64,000 nucleotides of DNA from an uncultured Candidatus Saccharibacteria bacterium. GTDB lineage: Bacteria > Patescibacteriota > Minisyncoccia > Phycocordibacterales > CSBR16-119. The DNA lies in NCBI GenBank assembly GCA_964531475.1, contig CAZHCS010000001.1, forward strand, positions 112,739-176,738, written 5' to 3'. Below, piece after piece: positions 46,788 through 56,214 of the stretch (positions are counted from its first letter, which is position 1; each line of letters opens with the position of its first letter). Made by a program: the position numbers and the translations under genes. The notes below the pieces were generated by a model that ran no database searches, had not been told where the DNA came from, and saw only the letters and a list, made by a program, of their open reading frames with translations.

Positions 46788-48035
46788 TTATCTACCCAAA
46801 ATTGAATCGAGCGTATTTTTCCTGATAATAAGTGATGCTGGGATATAGCCGGCAATGAGCGTGACGATGAGTAGAAGCACGAACTTCATCATTGTCGACT
46901 CGATAGGCGCGACCAAGATGCCGTCCGAGAATGGGAAATCGATCGGGTGTTTGTTAAACCCTGGCACCATGACGCCATAGACGACAAGAAGCCCAAGGAG
47001 CGCACCCGAAACGGCGTAAAAAATAGACTGGAAGATATAAGCAAGCTTGATAGCCCGAGCTTCGATACCAATAGCCTTCAAAATGCCGATATATTTTCGG
47101 CGCGTCACGGCATTGATGAAGATGATGATGAAAATAGTGATCGAGGCGACGATAATACCGACCGACCCGATAATGTTCCCAAGGAGAGCAAAGGCAAGCT
47201 TGATATCGACCAAGAATTGCGGTATGGCTTCTGCGGATGTCTGGACTTTAGCATGAGTACCAAGACCACTCTTTACGATTATGTCTTTGAGTCGCTCTTC
47301 GGAAACACCAGCGCTTGCAACAACCGAAACTTCGTTGATATTAAGACTGTCTCGTCCGAAGAATCGGATAAATTCGCTGTCAGTCATAAAAATACGAAAC
47401 GAGGTCTGGTCAACTTTGCTGTCGATAATTCCTTTGACAGTGTACTCTTTGACCTTGCCGTTGGCGGATAGGCGTACGCGTGTGCCTGGAAAAATATCGT
47501 CGAGAGTATCGAAACCTTCGCCAAATTCAGACGTATAGCGCTGAATCATATTCTTGCCCATCAATATATACTGATCGTCGCCTGGCTCTAGATATTCGCC
47601 TTCTTTTACATACTCGGCAAGATTCACCACGTCATTTTCACGACCGACATCGATTCCCGCGACCTGAGCGCCTACCGAATCGCGAAGAGCTGTCGGGTCG
47701 CGGCGGTCACGGTAGTTGGCTTCGACATTTGCCGAGTCCAAAAAACGTGCCGAAAAATTTTTAACTTCCGAAATAGTTCCGAGCGTCGCCAATATATCTT
47801 GGCTTCCTTCGATATAGTTTTCGCCTTTTGGCGTAGACAATAAAACATTGCCTGTATACTGTTCTCGGTTTGCTTTGACCGAACCTTCGATAAGTCCGAC
47901 CAAAATACCCGAGACGCCGACCAGATTCAAAAAGGTCAGCATCATGATAAAGATGATAAGCGCCGTAGTCCATACATTGGCGCGCTTTATCTGGCGAAGC
48001 CCAAGAAGAAAAGCTACACGCAATACTGATCCCAT
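46788..48035 (-). CDS. FtsX/MacB-type ABC permease
   Basis: 1+3 TM topology, RRKYIGILKAIG. Confidence 0.88.
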   Translation of the reverse strand: MGSVLRVAFLLGLRQIKRANVWTTALIIFIMMLTFLNLVGVSGILVGLIEGSVKANREQYTGNVLLSTPKGENYIEGSQDILATLGTISEVKNFSARFLDSANVEANYRDRRDPTALRDSVGAQVAGIDVGRENDVVNLAEYVKEGEYLEPGDDQYILMGKNMIQRYTSEFGEGFDTLDDIFPGTRVRLSANGKVKEYTVKGIIDSKVDQTSFRIFMTDSEFIRFFGRDSLNINEVSVVASAGVSEERLKDIIVKSGLGTHAKVQTSAEAIPQFLVDIKLAFALLGNIIGSVGIIVASITIFIIIFINAVTRRKYIGILKAIGIEARAIKLAYIFQSIFYAVSGALLGLLVVYGVMVPGFNKHPIDFPFSDGILVAPIESTMMKFVLLLIVTLIAGYIPASLIIRKNTLDSILGR

Positions 48036-48037
48036 AA

Positions 48038-49411
48038 TTATTCGACGAAGCGCCCGACGAGCGTGTCACCTTCGGAGACACCCGTTACTACCTCGACCAT
48101 ACCATCCGAACCCTTGAGACCGACAACAACCGGGACATTTGTTTCTTCGTCGTCACGCAAAATAGTAACAGACGAACCAGAGTCATCTGTTGTGATAAAG
48201 CGCTGTGGCACGCGAAGAGTATTAATCACTTTTGATTTTTCTATAGAAACAGCGGCCGTCATGCCAGAACGAATACGTTCGTCTTCTTGCGAGAATAATA
48301 CTTTGGCACGATACATAGATACACCATCGACTTCTGTCTCTCCAGGATCGATAGAAGCAAGAGTGCCCGGGAAAATGGTTTCGCCATATGCGTCTAGAGT
48401 TATTGACGCAGGAAGACCAGGGATCAAGTTCACAATATCAGACTCCGGAACCTCTACAGAAACCTCGTATCCGCCAGAGGCTATGACGCCAGTGACAACT
48501 GTGCCTATTTCTGCCTGTTCACCGATTTTAATGTCGAGCCTAGAAACCGTACCAGCAAAAGGCGCTCTTATCGTGCGTTCGTTGAGTCGCGCCATTATGC
48601 GAGCAACGCCGGCCTCTGCTTGTTTTATTCGAGCCATGGATATTTCACGAGAGATATTGCCCTGGTCCGCGGCATCACGACTAGCAAGAGCCTTTTCGTA
48701 TGCGTTTAAGTTTTCGACGTAGAATTCTGATTCGACATTAGGTATATCTATCAACCAAACATCCGTGAGCGAAGTGTCTTCTTTGGTAAAAGACAGATAG
48801 AGCCCTTTGGTTCCAAGAGCTATCGGCTTATAAAAATTTATCTCGGCGAAACCAGTTTCAAGACCGGTGTATCTTATCTTTAGACGTGAAGCGCCACCGG
48901 AAGACTCTATTTCTATGCGGTATTGACCCTCGTCTGCACCGCGATAACTACCTGAAACAGTAGGAGGCTCATTGTCGTTGTCTGTGTCGCGCGAATAGGC
49001 TTCCAATCCTTCAGAGAGAAGTTTGGCACGGGCACTTGCAACATCTGTATCGGTTTCTGCATCAGAAACTTTCGCCTCGGCGCGAGCAAGGTCAAGTGTC
49101 GCCTGTGCATCCTGTAGCTCGGCATACAATGTTGCATTGTCGAGTTCGACGATTTTTCCCCCAGCAACAACTGTGTCGCCGGCTTTCTTGTAGATGCGAG
49201 CCACAGTGCCAGATTCGGAAAATGCCATATCAGCGCCTTGCACCGGCTGCGCTTCGCCGTTTAGTACCAACATGTCTACGACATCGCCGCGCTCGACAGT
49301 AAACGTCGAAGTCTGGTCGTCTTTCTTGCCACCGGCAATGAGAAGAATAAGAATAAGCGCGACTGCGCCAATGATCAATTTCTTTTTGTGTTTGGTCCAA
49401 AATGCTTTCAT
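48038..49411 (-). CDS. Efflux periplasmic adaptor (HlyD/MacA-like)
   Basis: TM, GTVARIY..GD.V, IRAPFAGTV, RIRSGMTA. Confidence 0.88.
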   Translation of the reverse strand: MKAFWTKHKKKLIIGAVALILILLIAGGKKDDQTSTFTVERGDVVDMLVLNGEAQPVQGADMAFSESGTVARIYKKAGDTVVAGGKIVELDNATLYAELQDAQATLDLARAEAKVSDAETDTDVASARAKLLSEGLEAYSRDTDNDNEPPTVSGSYRGADEGQYRIEIESSGGASRLKIRYTGLETGFAEINFYKPIALGTKGLYLSFTKEDTSLTDVWLIDIPNVESEFYVENLNAYEKALASRDAADQGNISREISMARIKQAEAGVARIMARLNERTIRAPFAGTVSRLDIKIGEQAEIGTVVTGVIASGGYEVSVEVPESDIVNLIPGLPASITLDAYGETIFPGTLASIDPGETEVDGVSMYRAKVLFSQEDERIRSGMTAAVSIEKSKVINTLRVPQRFITTDDSGSSVTILRDDEETNVPVVVGLKGSDGMVEVVTGVSEGDTLVGRFVE

Positions 49412-49497
49412 CCCGTTAGTGACAGGTCGCGCTCTCACGTGCCTGATAATTTAGATTTGTAATATCCCGAGCGACCACGGTCACTAACGGGATTCAT
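49407..49497 (-). mobile_element. Start-codon hairpin element, copy 3
   Basis: ATGAA-TCCCGTTAGTGA...TCACTAACGGG-ATGAA; 86 nt between the ATGs. Confidence 0.8.
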
Positions 49498-49600
49498 GGC
49501 AACATAATAACATGAAAACGTCCGATTTAGAAGACTGTTTTTTCAATTAAAACAAGAACGCCGCCCCTCGTGGGACGGCGTTTCTCCTTGCATCATCTTG

Positions 49601-50008
49601 TTAACGAACACCCATAACTACGGGCATCCATTTCCATCTTTCCAGCACCTTCACTGCCTGGCGCCAGCTCGAAAGCACTTGCCTCATCCCCGGACCGTCA
49701 TGCTCGGTTTCGACATATACGCAGTCCTCTTCCCTTACCTCGAGCGTGACTGTTGCCCAGCGCTCATCATTTCTGTCGGGAAAATGAGCGGTGAGACGAA
49801 ACTTGATCATAGTCATGTTATCCAAGGTGTCCATGGAATTCAGTAGGAACTTGCCACCGACGTCCACACAAGGGTCTGCAAGAGTCTGTATCTTGCCCCT
49901 TAGCTCATGACCAGAACCTTCTACTGCTTGACCGGTAACCTTCGTCAGCAGGCCCGTGAGGAATGACACAGCCTTTTCATATTCGAGATCCTGCTTCATG
50001 CTTTTCAT
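49601..50008 (-). CDS. Hypothetical protein (stand-alone gene)
   Basis: 135 aa; TTGACA-17-TATCTT at 50027-50055; hairpin at about 49555-49585. Confidence 0.7.
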   Translation of the reverse strand: MKSMKQDLEYEKAVSFLTGLLTKVTGQAVEGSGHELRGKIQTLADPCVDVGGKFLLNSMDTLDNMTMIKFRLTAHFPDRNDERWATVTLEVREEDCVYVETEHDGPGMRQVLSSWRQAVKVLERWKWMPVVMGVR

Positions 50009-50112
50009 GTAAGTTGCTTTTTCGGAAAGATAACATATTTATTATTAGTTGTCAATATACAAAACCCCTTTGATTTCAAAGGGGTTTTGTGGCTTTTTCT
50101 CCTATTAACTGC

Positions 50113-50658
50113 CTAAATTTTAATCTCCGTAAACGTCACCGCGCTCGGCAACGTAAACTTCGACGCATCGGCAGTCCACGGATCGCAGTCGTACGAAAGC
50201 TTCATGTTCGCATCGAACATCTGCTGGCTCGTAGGGGTCGTACCGTCAGCAGTCGTATTTTGGACCACTGCCATTTTGAATCCTGTCGGCATCATCGATG
50301 ACCATGTGTACATGAATTCCCCGTCAGATACCATGTGACTTTCGACAGACATGTTCGTACCACTAGCAGAAACGTCGGACTTGAAATCGCCACGCATCTT
50401 GCCATTTGAGATATAGACTGTGCCGGTTGAGCGGCTGTTTTCGACCGTTTGATCAAACGTACAAACATGGTCGCCGCCGCGAGCAATAAGTTCGGCCGTC
50501 GAGCCTTCAAATTTTTTATTTTCAGCAGGCGCCGGAGTTTCAGCTTCGGTTGTCTGCGTATCTTCGACAACAACTTCGTCTTTCGGTTCACCTTTGATTA
50601 TGAGCACAGCGCCGGTCACCAAGATAAGTCCGAGAAGTACTTTTCCAAATAATGTCAT
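50113..50658 (-). CDS. Hypothetical membrane-anchored protein
   Basis: TM, then CTF...GTVYISNGKMRGDF...DASKFTLP. Confidence 0.75.
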   Translation of the reverse strand: MTLFGKVLLGLILVTGAVLIIKGEPKDEVVVEDTQTTEAETPAPAENKKFEGSTAELIARGGDHVCTFDQTVENSRSTGTVYISNGKMRGDFKSDVSASGTNMSVESHMVSDGEFMYTWSSMMPTGFKMAVVQNTTADGTTPTSQQMFDANMKLSYDCDPWTADASKFTLPSAVTFTEIKI

Positions 50659-50705
50659 ACAAAATATGTAACTCTGGTAATACGGGTATTATACGATGAC
50701 CTGCC

Positions 50706-51194
50706 CTATTTGAACATAATAGTCATTTCTGCCGCATCATCGAACTGGGATTCGCCGGATGGATTGTCCTTCTGAAAGATAAGCGTACCGCGTTCGCCAT
50801 AGGCCGGTTTTACAAATGTAAGAGTCCCCGAGAACGGCACGTAATCTGTCGTCATCCATTCGCCCTCTGCCATCACATATCCTTCGGCAATAATGAGACC
50901 GTCCCAGTCGGTCAGCGTAACCGGCGCAGAAGCTTCGAAGAACCAATTACCCGGCGCGCGTCCGCGAATAACGAGCGGATTTTCGATACTGTCGCCATCT
51001 TTCAAGTTTTCGACATATATCTTGATCCCGCGAATACTCGTTAGCTCGGTTTCAACTGGAGCCGCAGGAACGGTTGGCGACGGATCCAAGACGACTGGTG
51101 TTTCGGTAGGATGATTTATCTTATTCAACACAACAACAACCAAGATCGCTCCGACTATTACGATAAGTATATTTTTCATAAGATTCCACTGCAT
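50706..51194 (-). CDS. Gmad2-type immunoglobulin-like domain protein
   Basis: PLVIRGRAPGNWFFEA...WMTTDYVPF...KDNPSG; true start may be ATG 51179. Confidence 0.75.
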   Translation of the reverse strand: MQWNLMKNILIVIVGAILVVVVLNKINHPTETPVVLDPSPTVPAAPVETELTSIRGIKIYVENLKDGDSIENPLVIRGRAPGNWFFEASAPVTLTDWDGLIIAEGYVMAEGEWMTTDYVPFSGTLTFVKPAYGERGTLIFQKDNPSGESQFDDAAEMTIMFK

Positions 51195-51314
51195 CCCGTT
51201 AGAGACAGGTCGCGGTGATCCCGCGATATGCCTTGATAATGTTTATAATTTTTATATTATTAATCATTGCAGATTTTCCAGAATTTAGCGACCGCGGTCT
51301 CTAACGGGATGCAT
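51190..51314 (-). mobile_element. Start-codon hairpin element, copy 4
   Basis: ATGCA-TCCCGTTAGAGA...TCTCTAACGGG-ATGCA; 120 nt between the ATGs. Confidence 0.8.
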
Positions 51315-51317
51315 AGA

Positions 51318-52058
51318 TTAGCGAATAACGAACGTCGCGCGGACAGTGACTGATACTTCTTTGTCGACAGTCGATGTGTCATAGCTGCCGTAATCAGAAA
51401 CATCTATAGAATTCGGAGGCAAAACCTGGACGACACCAGACGTTGCGGTCTTTAGTTTACCGACACGTCCGCCTGATGCATTGGCTATCTCTTTAGCGCG
51501 AGCTTTGGCATCTTTGACTGCATCACCCAAAAGCGCCACGCGCGCTTCGGCAAGTCCCGAATAGAAGTACTGCGCGCCGTAAGTCTGAAAGAGAACACCC
51601 GACGCTGCCAGCCCGTCAATGTCGTTCCCTATCTTTGTCACCTTTGCAACATCTTTAGAGTCGATGCTAACTGTCGCGCGGAGCTCATAACGCTTTGGAG
51701 CCGATTCGTTATTGTTGTAGTTGTATTGCTCGTTAAGAATGACTGGAGAAATGGTTATTTCTTCTTCGGCAACACCTGCTTTTACAAGGAATTCTTTGAC
51801 ACGTGCCGTGTCGCGATCGATCTTCGCGTAGCCGCTCGCCAGATCAAATTCGCTCGCATATGCAAGCACTGAACCGGAGAGTTTGGCCGAGTCCGAGACG
51901 ACGCTCATTTTGGCCGAGCCAGTAGAGGTGAGAGTGTTTCCCGCACCGCGAACACTTCCGACGATAATACCTCCTATTACGGCGACAACAATAAGTGCTG
52001 CACCGAGCACGGCCGCCGCTGTCGCATTTTGCTTTTCGAAAATTTGTTTGATTTGCAT
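51318..52058 (-). CDS. SIMPL (DUF541) domain protein
   Basis: TGSAKMSV, AVKDAKARAKEIA...G..VGKL. Confidence 0.85.
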   Translation of the reverse strand: MQIKQIFEKQNATAAAVLGAALIVVAVIGGIIVGSVRGAGNTLTSTGSAKMSVVSDSAKLSGSVLAYASEFDLASGYAKIDRDTARVKEFLVKAGVAEEEITISPVILNEQYNYNNNESAPKRYELRATVSIDSKDVAKVTKIGNDIDGLAASGVLFQTYGAQYFYSGLAEARVALLGDAVKDAKARAKEIANASGGRVGKLKTATSGVVQVLPPNSIDVSDYGSYDTSTVDKEVSVTVRATFVIR

Positions 52059-52072
52059 ATTTATTTTAATTA

Positions 52073-52564
52073 CTAGTAATTAATCTCTAAATTTCGTGGA
52101 TCAGTCGCGTCTTTGTCGATTTTAAAAACAGCAAACATATCTTCCCCATTCCAACGCACGATCTTGTCCTGCTTTGGATCGAATATCCCGTCACCACTAT
52201 CGTGATAAGGCTCGGCATAATATCTCATACCGTCTAAAAGATTTTCAGTAGTACCGACATCAATTTTCGAATGCGCACCAGCTACAAGAAATTCTGAAAC
52301 TCCGATGATTGCGCCATGTTTTCCAGCATCATCACGCCTAACGATTACAAATCCAGCCCTGGAAAGATTTACAGCACCAAGAACTACGACGTCACCCGGG
52401 AGCTGATCTTGCACTACTAAGGCATCAGGTGCCAATCTGGCAAACTGACCAGAAGCGCCGCCGTCATTGACCGCTGGCCCATTAGCGGTTTTGTCAGTTT
52501 TTACAATCATCCAGACCACAAGAGCGACGAGAATGATGAGAATAGTTGAGATGAATTTTTTCAT
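52073..52564 (-). CDS. Hypothetical membrane-anchored protein
   Basis: MKKFISTILI TM; VQDQLPG...GAIIGVS...DSGDGIFD. Confidence 0.7.
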   Translation of the reverse strand: MKKFISTILIILVALVVWMIVKTDKTANGPAVNDGGASGQFARLAPDALVVQDQLPGDVVVLGAVNLSRAGFVIVRRDDAGKHGAIIGVSEFLVAGAHSKIDVGTTENLLDGMRYYAEPYHDSGDGIFDPKQDKIVRWNGEDMFAVFKIDKDATDPRNLEINY

Positions 52565-52611
52565 ATTTCGAGACGAGTACATCATGGCACCCGTATATGT
52601 ATTGTAGCACA

Positions 52612-52643
52612 TGAAAAAGCCCCGCGTGAGCGGGGCTTTTTCA
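52612..52643. terminator. Intrinsic terminator of typA
   Basis: TGAAAAAGCCCCGC-gtga-GCGGGGCTTTTTCA. Confidence 0.8.
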
Positions 52644-52651
52644 TTTTGTAT

Positions 52652-54430
52652 TTATCGCTTCGCTCGGACGCGGTCGTTTTCGGTAAGATGCTGCTTCCGC
52701 AGGCGTACCGATTTTGGCGTGATTTCCAGATATTCGTCATCACTCATGATCTCGAGTCCGCGTTCGATCGAAAGCTCAAGAGGTGGGATGAGCGTGATCG
52801 CTTCGTCATTGCCTGATGAACGTACGTTCGTAAGGTTCTTGCCCTTCGTTGGATTGACGACCATCTCCTCGCCTTTTGAAGTATTACCAAGCACCATACC
52901 TTCGTAAACTTCCGTCGCGGGGCCAATATAGAGAACACCGCGATCCTGCAAATTCCAGAGCGAATAGCCGAGCGCTTTGCCAGTTGCCATAGAAACCATC
53001 GAACCGACTTGGCGTTTTTCTATTTCGCCGGCATAAGGCTTGAAACCAATAACACGCGAAGCAAAGATACCCTCGCCTTTTGTATCAACAACGAATTGGC
53101 CACGGTACCCGAGAAGTCCGCGCGTCGGACCTTCGAGAAGGAGTCGCACGCGATCGCCTTCAGGTTTGATATTTGTAATATGCACCGCGCGTCGTGAGAG
53201 CTTGTCGATAACAGCGCCTTGTGCATCGGCCGGGATTTCGATTGTGACCTCTTCGTACGGTTCAAACTTTTGACCATTTTCTTCACGAATAATTACTTGA
53301 GGCTGACTCACCTGCATTTCATAGCCTTCACGGCGCATATTCTCAAGAAGGATCGCAATGTGAAGCTCACCACGGCCAAATACTTTCATGGTATCGCCTT
53401 CGAAGTCTACGCGTAGACCGACGTTCACCTCGAGCTCTTTGAGAAGCCGTTCGCGGATCTGACGTGATGTAACAAACTTGCCTTCCCTGCCGCCAAACGG
53501 AGAATTGTTAACGAGAAAATTGAGCGCGATAGTAGGCTCATCGACTTTGATAGTTGGAAGCGCGGGTGTTTCTTTTGAATCGCAAATAGTGTCACCGATA
53601 TAGATATCTGGAAGACCGGCCATCATGAAAATATCTCCGGCTTCTACGGATTCGGTGTCCTTTCTATTTGTTCCTTCGAAAATAAAAAGCTTGGTGATAC
53701 GACCTGACGCATCGGACCCGTCATGCTTTTTAACTATTACTGTCTGGTTGGTACGAATTGTGCCTTCGTAGATACGACCGACTGCCATACGGCCAAAGAA
53801 ATTGTCGTATGCGAGATTAAACGGCTGAGCGACAAGTGGTGCATTTGCGTCTCGGTTTGCTACTGGAACTTTCTCGAGTATGACGTCAAGCAAAGGCGTA
53901 ATGTCTTTCTGTTCATCTGCAAGCTCGCGCATGGCAACCCCCTGCTTGCCGATTGCGTAAACAGTCGTAAAGTTTAACTGCTCTTCTGTTGCGCCTAGCT
54001 CAAAGAAAAGCTCAAACACTTCGTCGTGAGCACGCTTCGGGTCAGCGGCAGGTTTATCTATTTTGTTGATGATCACAATAGGCTTGTGTCCGATCTCGAG
54101 AGATTTTTTGAGAACGAAACGCGTCTGCGGCATCGGACCTTCGTGGGCATCGACAACGAGCAAAACGCAATCGATCGAACGCAAAACACGTTCTACTTCG
54201 GAACCGAAGTCGGCGTGTCCTGGTGTGTCAACGATGTTTATCTTTGTACCCTTGTACTCGACACTAGCATTCTTTGCATAAATAGTAATGCCACGTTCTT
54301 TTTCAAGAGCGTTCGAGTCCATAGACGAGCCCTCGTCTTTGACGGCCCCAGCCTGGCGCATTATAGCGTCAGTCAAGGTAGTTTTACCGTGGTCGACGTG
54401 GGCAATGATGGCGATGTTGCGGATTTGCAT
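52652..54430 (-). CDS. typA: Translational GTPase TypA/BipA
   Basis: [42 protein letters not shown]. Confidence 0.96.
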   Translation of the reverse strand: MQIRNIAIIAHVDHGKTTLTDAIMRQAGAVKDEGSSMDSNALEKERGITIYAKNASVEYKGTKINIVDTPGHADFGSEVERVLRSIDCVLLVVDAHEGPMPQTRFVLKKSLEIGHKPIVIINKIDKPAADPKRAHDEVFELFFELGATEEQLNFTTVYAIGKQGVAMRELADEQKDITPLLDVILEKVPVANRDANAPLVAQPFNLAYDNFFGRMAVGRIYEGTIRTNQTVIVKKHDGSDASGRITKLFIFEGTNRKDTESVEAGDIFMMAGLPDIYIGDTICDSKETPALPTIKVDEPTIALNFLVNNSPFGGREGKFVTSRQIRERLLKELEVNVGLRVDFEGDTMKVFGRGELHIAILLENMRREGYEMQVSQPQVIIREENGQKFEPYEEVTIEIPADAQGAVIDKLSRRAVHITNIKPEGDRVRLLLEGPTRGLLGYRGQFVVDTKGEGIFASRVIGFKPYAGEIEKRQVGSMVSMATGKALGYSLWNLQDRGVLYIGPATEVYEGMVLGNTSKGEEMVVNPTKGKNLTNVRSSGNDEAITLIPPLELSIERGLEIMSDDEYLEITPKSVRLRKQHLTENDRVRAKR

Positions 54431-54544
54431 AAGGCCAACACTATATCCTATTTTCACAGGTTTGTGAAGTCCGGGCTTTGACTCGCAGATTATTCGGGTG
54501 AATAAAAGATGCCTGCACTGTACCTTCACCAAAAACAAAACGTC

Positions 54545-54985
54545 ATGGCATTTGAGATAACCCCGTTCGAGCTAACGCTCAGTGAACCATGGAGGCGCAA
54601 ACACATAAACAGAGGTTGGATAGGAGCCGGGCCTTGGATCGCTGGCTTCTTGGCATTCATAACCGTCTTTCTTGTAGTTGTAAGCCGAGATGGTACCGTC
54701 TTGACGGCCGTCACCCTGGCGCTTCTCTTTGCAACGATTTTCTGGGTACTTCTATCGGCGCTTCGAAGAGAATCTCTGTACCGACGTCGCGGACACTATG
54801 CCTTTATCCATCGCAAGCTCGCATCGATCGTAGACGGTCAAAAGGTATACGACCCAGAGACGATGCCTCCGCTCGAAGAGATCGTTGATCGCCGAAAACG
54901 CTACTATCAGTATCTCAACTGGACCGGGCAGACAACAGGCCCGCTCGAAGAAGCGGATCCTGTCGGGAGTCTGGAGAATGCGTGA
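54545..54985 (+). CDS. Hypothetical 2-TM protein (stand-alone gene)
   Basis: TTGACT at 54478 (weak -10), CACCAAAAACAAAAC leader, hairpin at 55001-55027. Confidence 0.65.
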   Translation: MAFEITPFELTLSEPWRRKHINRGWIGAGPWIAGFLAFITVFLVVVSRDGTVLTAVTLALLFATIFWVLLSALRRESLYRRRGHYAFIHRKLASIVDGQKVYDPETMPPLEEIVDRRKRYYQYLNWTGQTTGPLEEADPVGSLENA

Positions 54986-55032
54986 ATATGACGAAACGAA
55001 ATGGGCCGGCGCTGAGCGCCGGCCCATCTTCT

Positions 55033-55506
55033 TTATATATCATCAAACCCTCCGACAACACCGCCGATATCGCGCGAGCGCCGCATGGCGTCACGAATCT
55101 CGTCAGTCGTCGGCGAGCGGTCTTCGCGTTCGCATAAAAGTTCGAGTTCACACATTGGACATCCGCAATCTTCGTCGGGCTTTATCGGTTCGGCCAAGTC
55201 ACGTTCAACTCTAACCGGTAGGTCGTGAATGAAACGAAGAAGCTCTATCGATAATTCGCTTTCGCTCTTGCCTGGACCAAACTTCGGAATCTCGGCATAA
55301 GCAAAAATCTCTCGCTTCATGTTTTCGTACAACTCTTGATCACGCGGCAGACAAATGTCTACAACATCGCCAGAGGCTAAATCGAGAAACCACACGGAAG
55401 CCGCGTCACCATCGGACATGGCTTCATAGATGCCGAATTCGTCTATATCGCGATCATTCGGCAGAAAATATCCGTATTCTTCTTGATGGGCAGACTGTTT
55501 CTTCAT
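55033..55506 (-). CDS. Hypothetical acidic protein
   Basis: 157 aa, DCGCPMC motif; ATG 7 nt after TAGAAT. Confidence 0.7.
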   Translation of the reverse strand: MKKQSAHQEEYGYFLPNDRDIDEFGIYEAMSDGDAASVWFLDLASGDVVDICLPRDQELYENMKREIFAYAEIPKFGPGKSESELSIELLRFIHDLPVRVERDLAEPIKPDEDCGCPMCELELLCEREDRSPTTDEIRDAMRRSRDIGGVVGGFDDI

Positions 55507-55593
55507 GGGGTCATTCTAGCACTTCCAAGAACAAAAAGAACGGGTGCGAATTTCTTGATTTTAAGACGGACTTGAGGCACTATAGATGGACAG

Positions 55594-55664
55594 TGCCGGG
55601 TCGTCTAATGGTAGGACATCAGGTTTTGGTCCTGAGTATCGGGGTTCGAGTCCCTGCCCGGCAA
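55594..55664 (+). tRNA. tRNA-Gln(TTG)
   Basis: TGCCGGG/CCCGGCA acceptor stem, TCAGG-tt TTG gt-CCTGA anticodon arm, GGTTCGAGTCC; CCA not encoded. Confidence 0.93.
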
Positions 55665-55737
55665 CAAACAAAATTTCCTACGACGGTAATCGAGAGTCCA
55701 TGCCTAATAAAAGGCAAATTTTTGCTATACTAGGTTT

Positions 55738-56133
55738 ATGTCACTTTTTGAATCAATATTCAACGGCGGACACGACAACAAACGTGAAGAATCCCGTTCT
55801 GAATCTAGCCACGAAATGATGCGGTTGCCTCTTGCTGATTCGATACATGCGGATTTACGCAATATAGAAAAAGGTATTTTATACAACGACACCTACGTGC
55901 GCGAACGCAGAGACGACACGCTTCCCGGACTTTCTGTTTCCTTTAACGCTGACGAGGATACGCTCGTTGCACTCCTCGACAATGACCTGCCCTACCCACT
56001 AGAAGTCCGAACTGAAAAAGACCGCACGTTAACTGGTACTGTCTGGATCGACGAATCTCACATTAGCAACGCAGTTGAATTCCTGCGGCTGCACAACGTT
56101 GATATCACCGAAGATCCTCGCCAAGCAGCTTAG
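55738..56133 (+). CDS. Hypothetical protein
   Basis: 131 aa; ATG 6 nt after TGCTATACT. Confidence 0.7.
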   Translation: MSLFESIFNGGHDNKREESRSESSHEMMRLPLADSIHADLRNIEKGILYNDTYVRERRDDTLPGLSVSFNADEDTLVALLDNDLPYPLEVRTEKDRTLTGTVWIDESHISNAVEFLRLHNVDITEDPRQAA

Positions 56134-56154
56134 ATAACTTTTCCACTCATAATA

Positions 56155-56183
56155 TTGACACATGTCTCTACGCATGTTAATGT
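56155..56183 (+). promoter_or_regulatory. Sigma70-type promoter of the sigma-factor gene
   Basis: TTGACA-17-TAATGT; the ORF-track TTG start is this -35 box. Confidence 0.7.
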
Positions 56184-56214
56184 TGCAAAAAACGACATTG
56201 ACATGACACGACGA

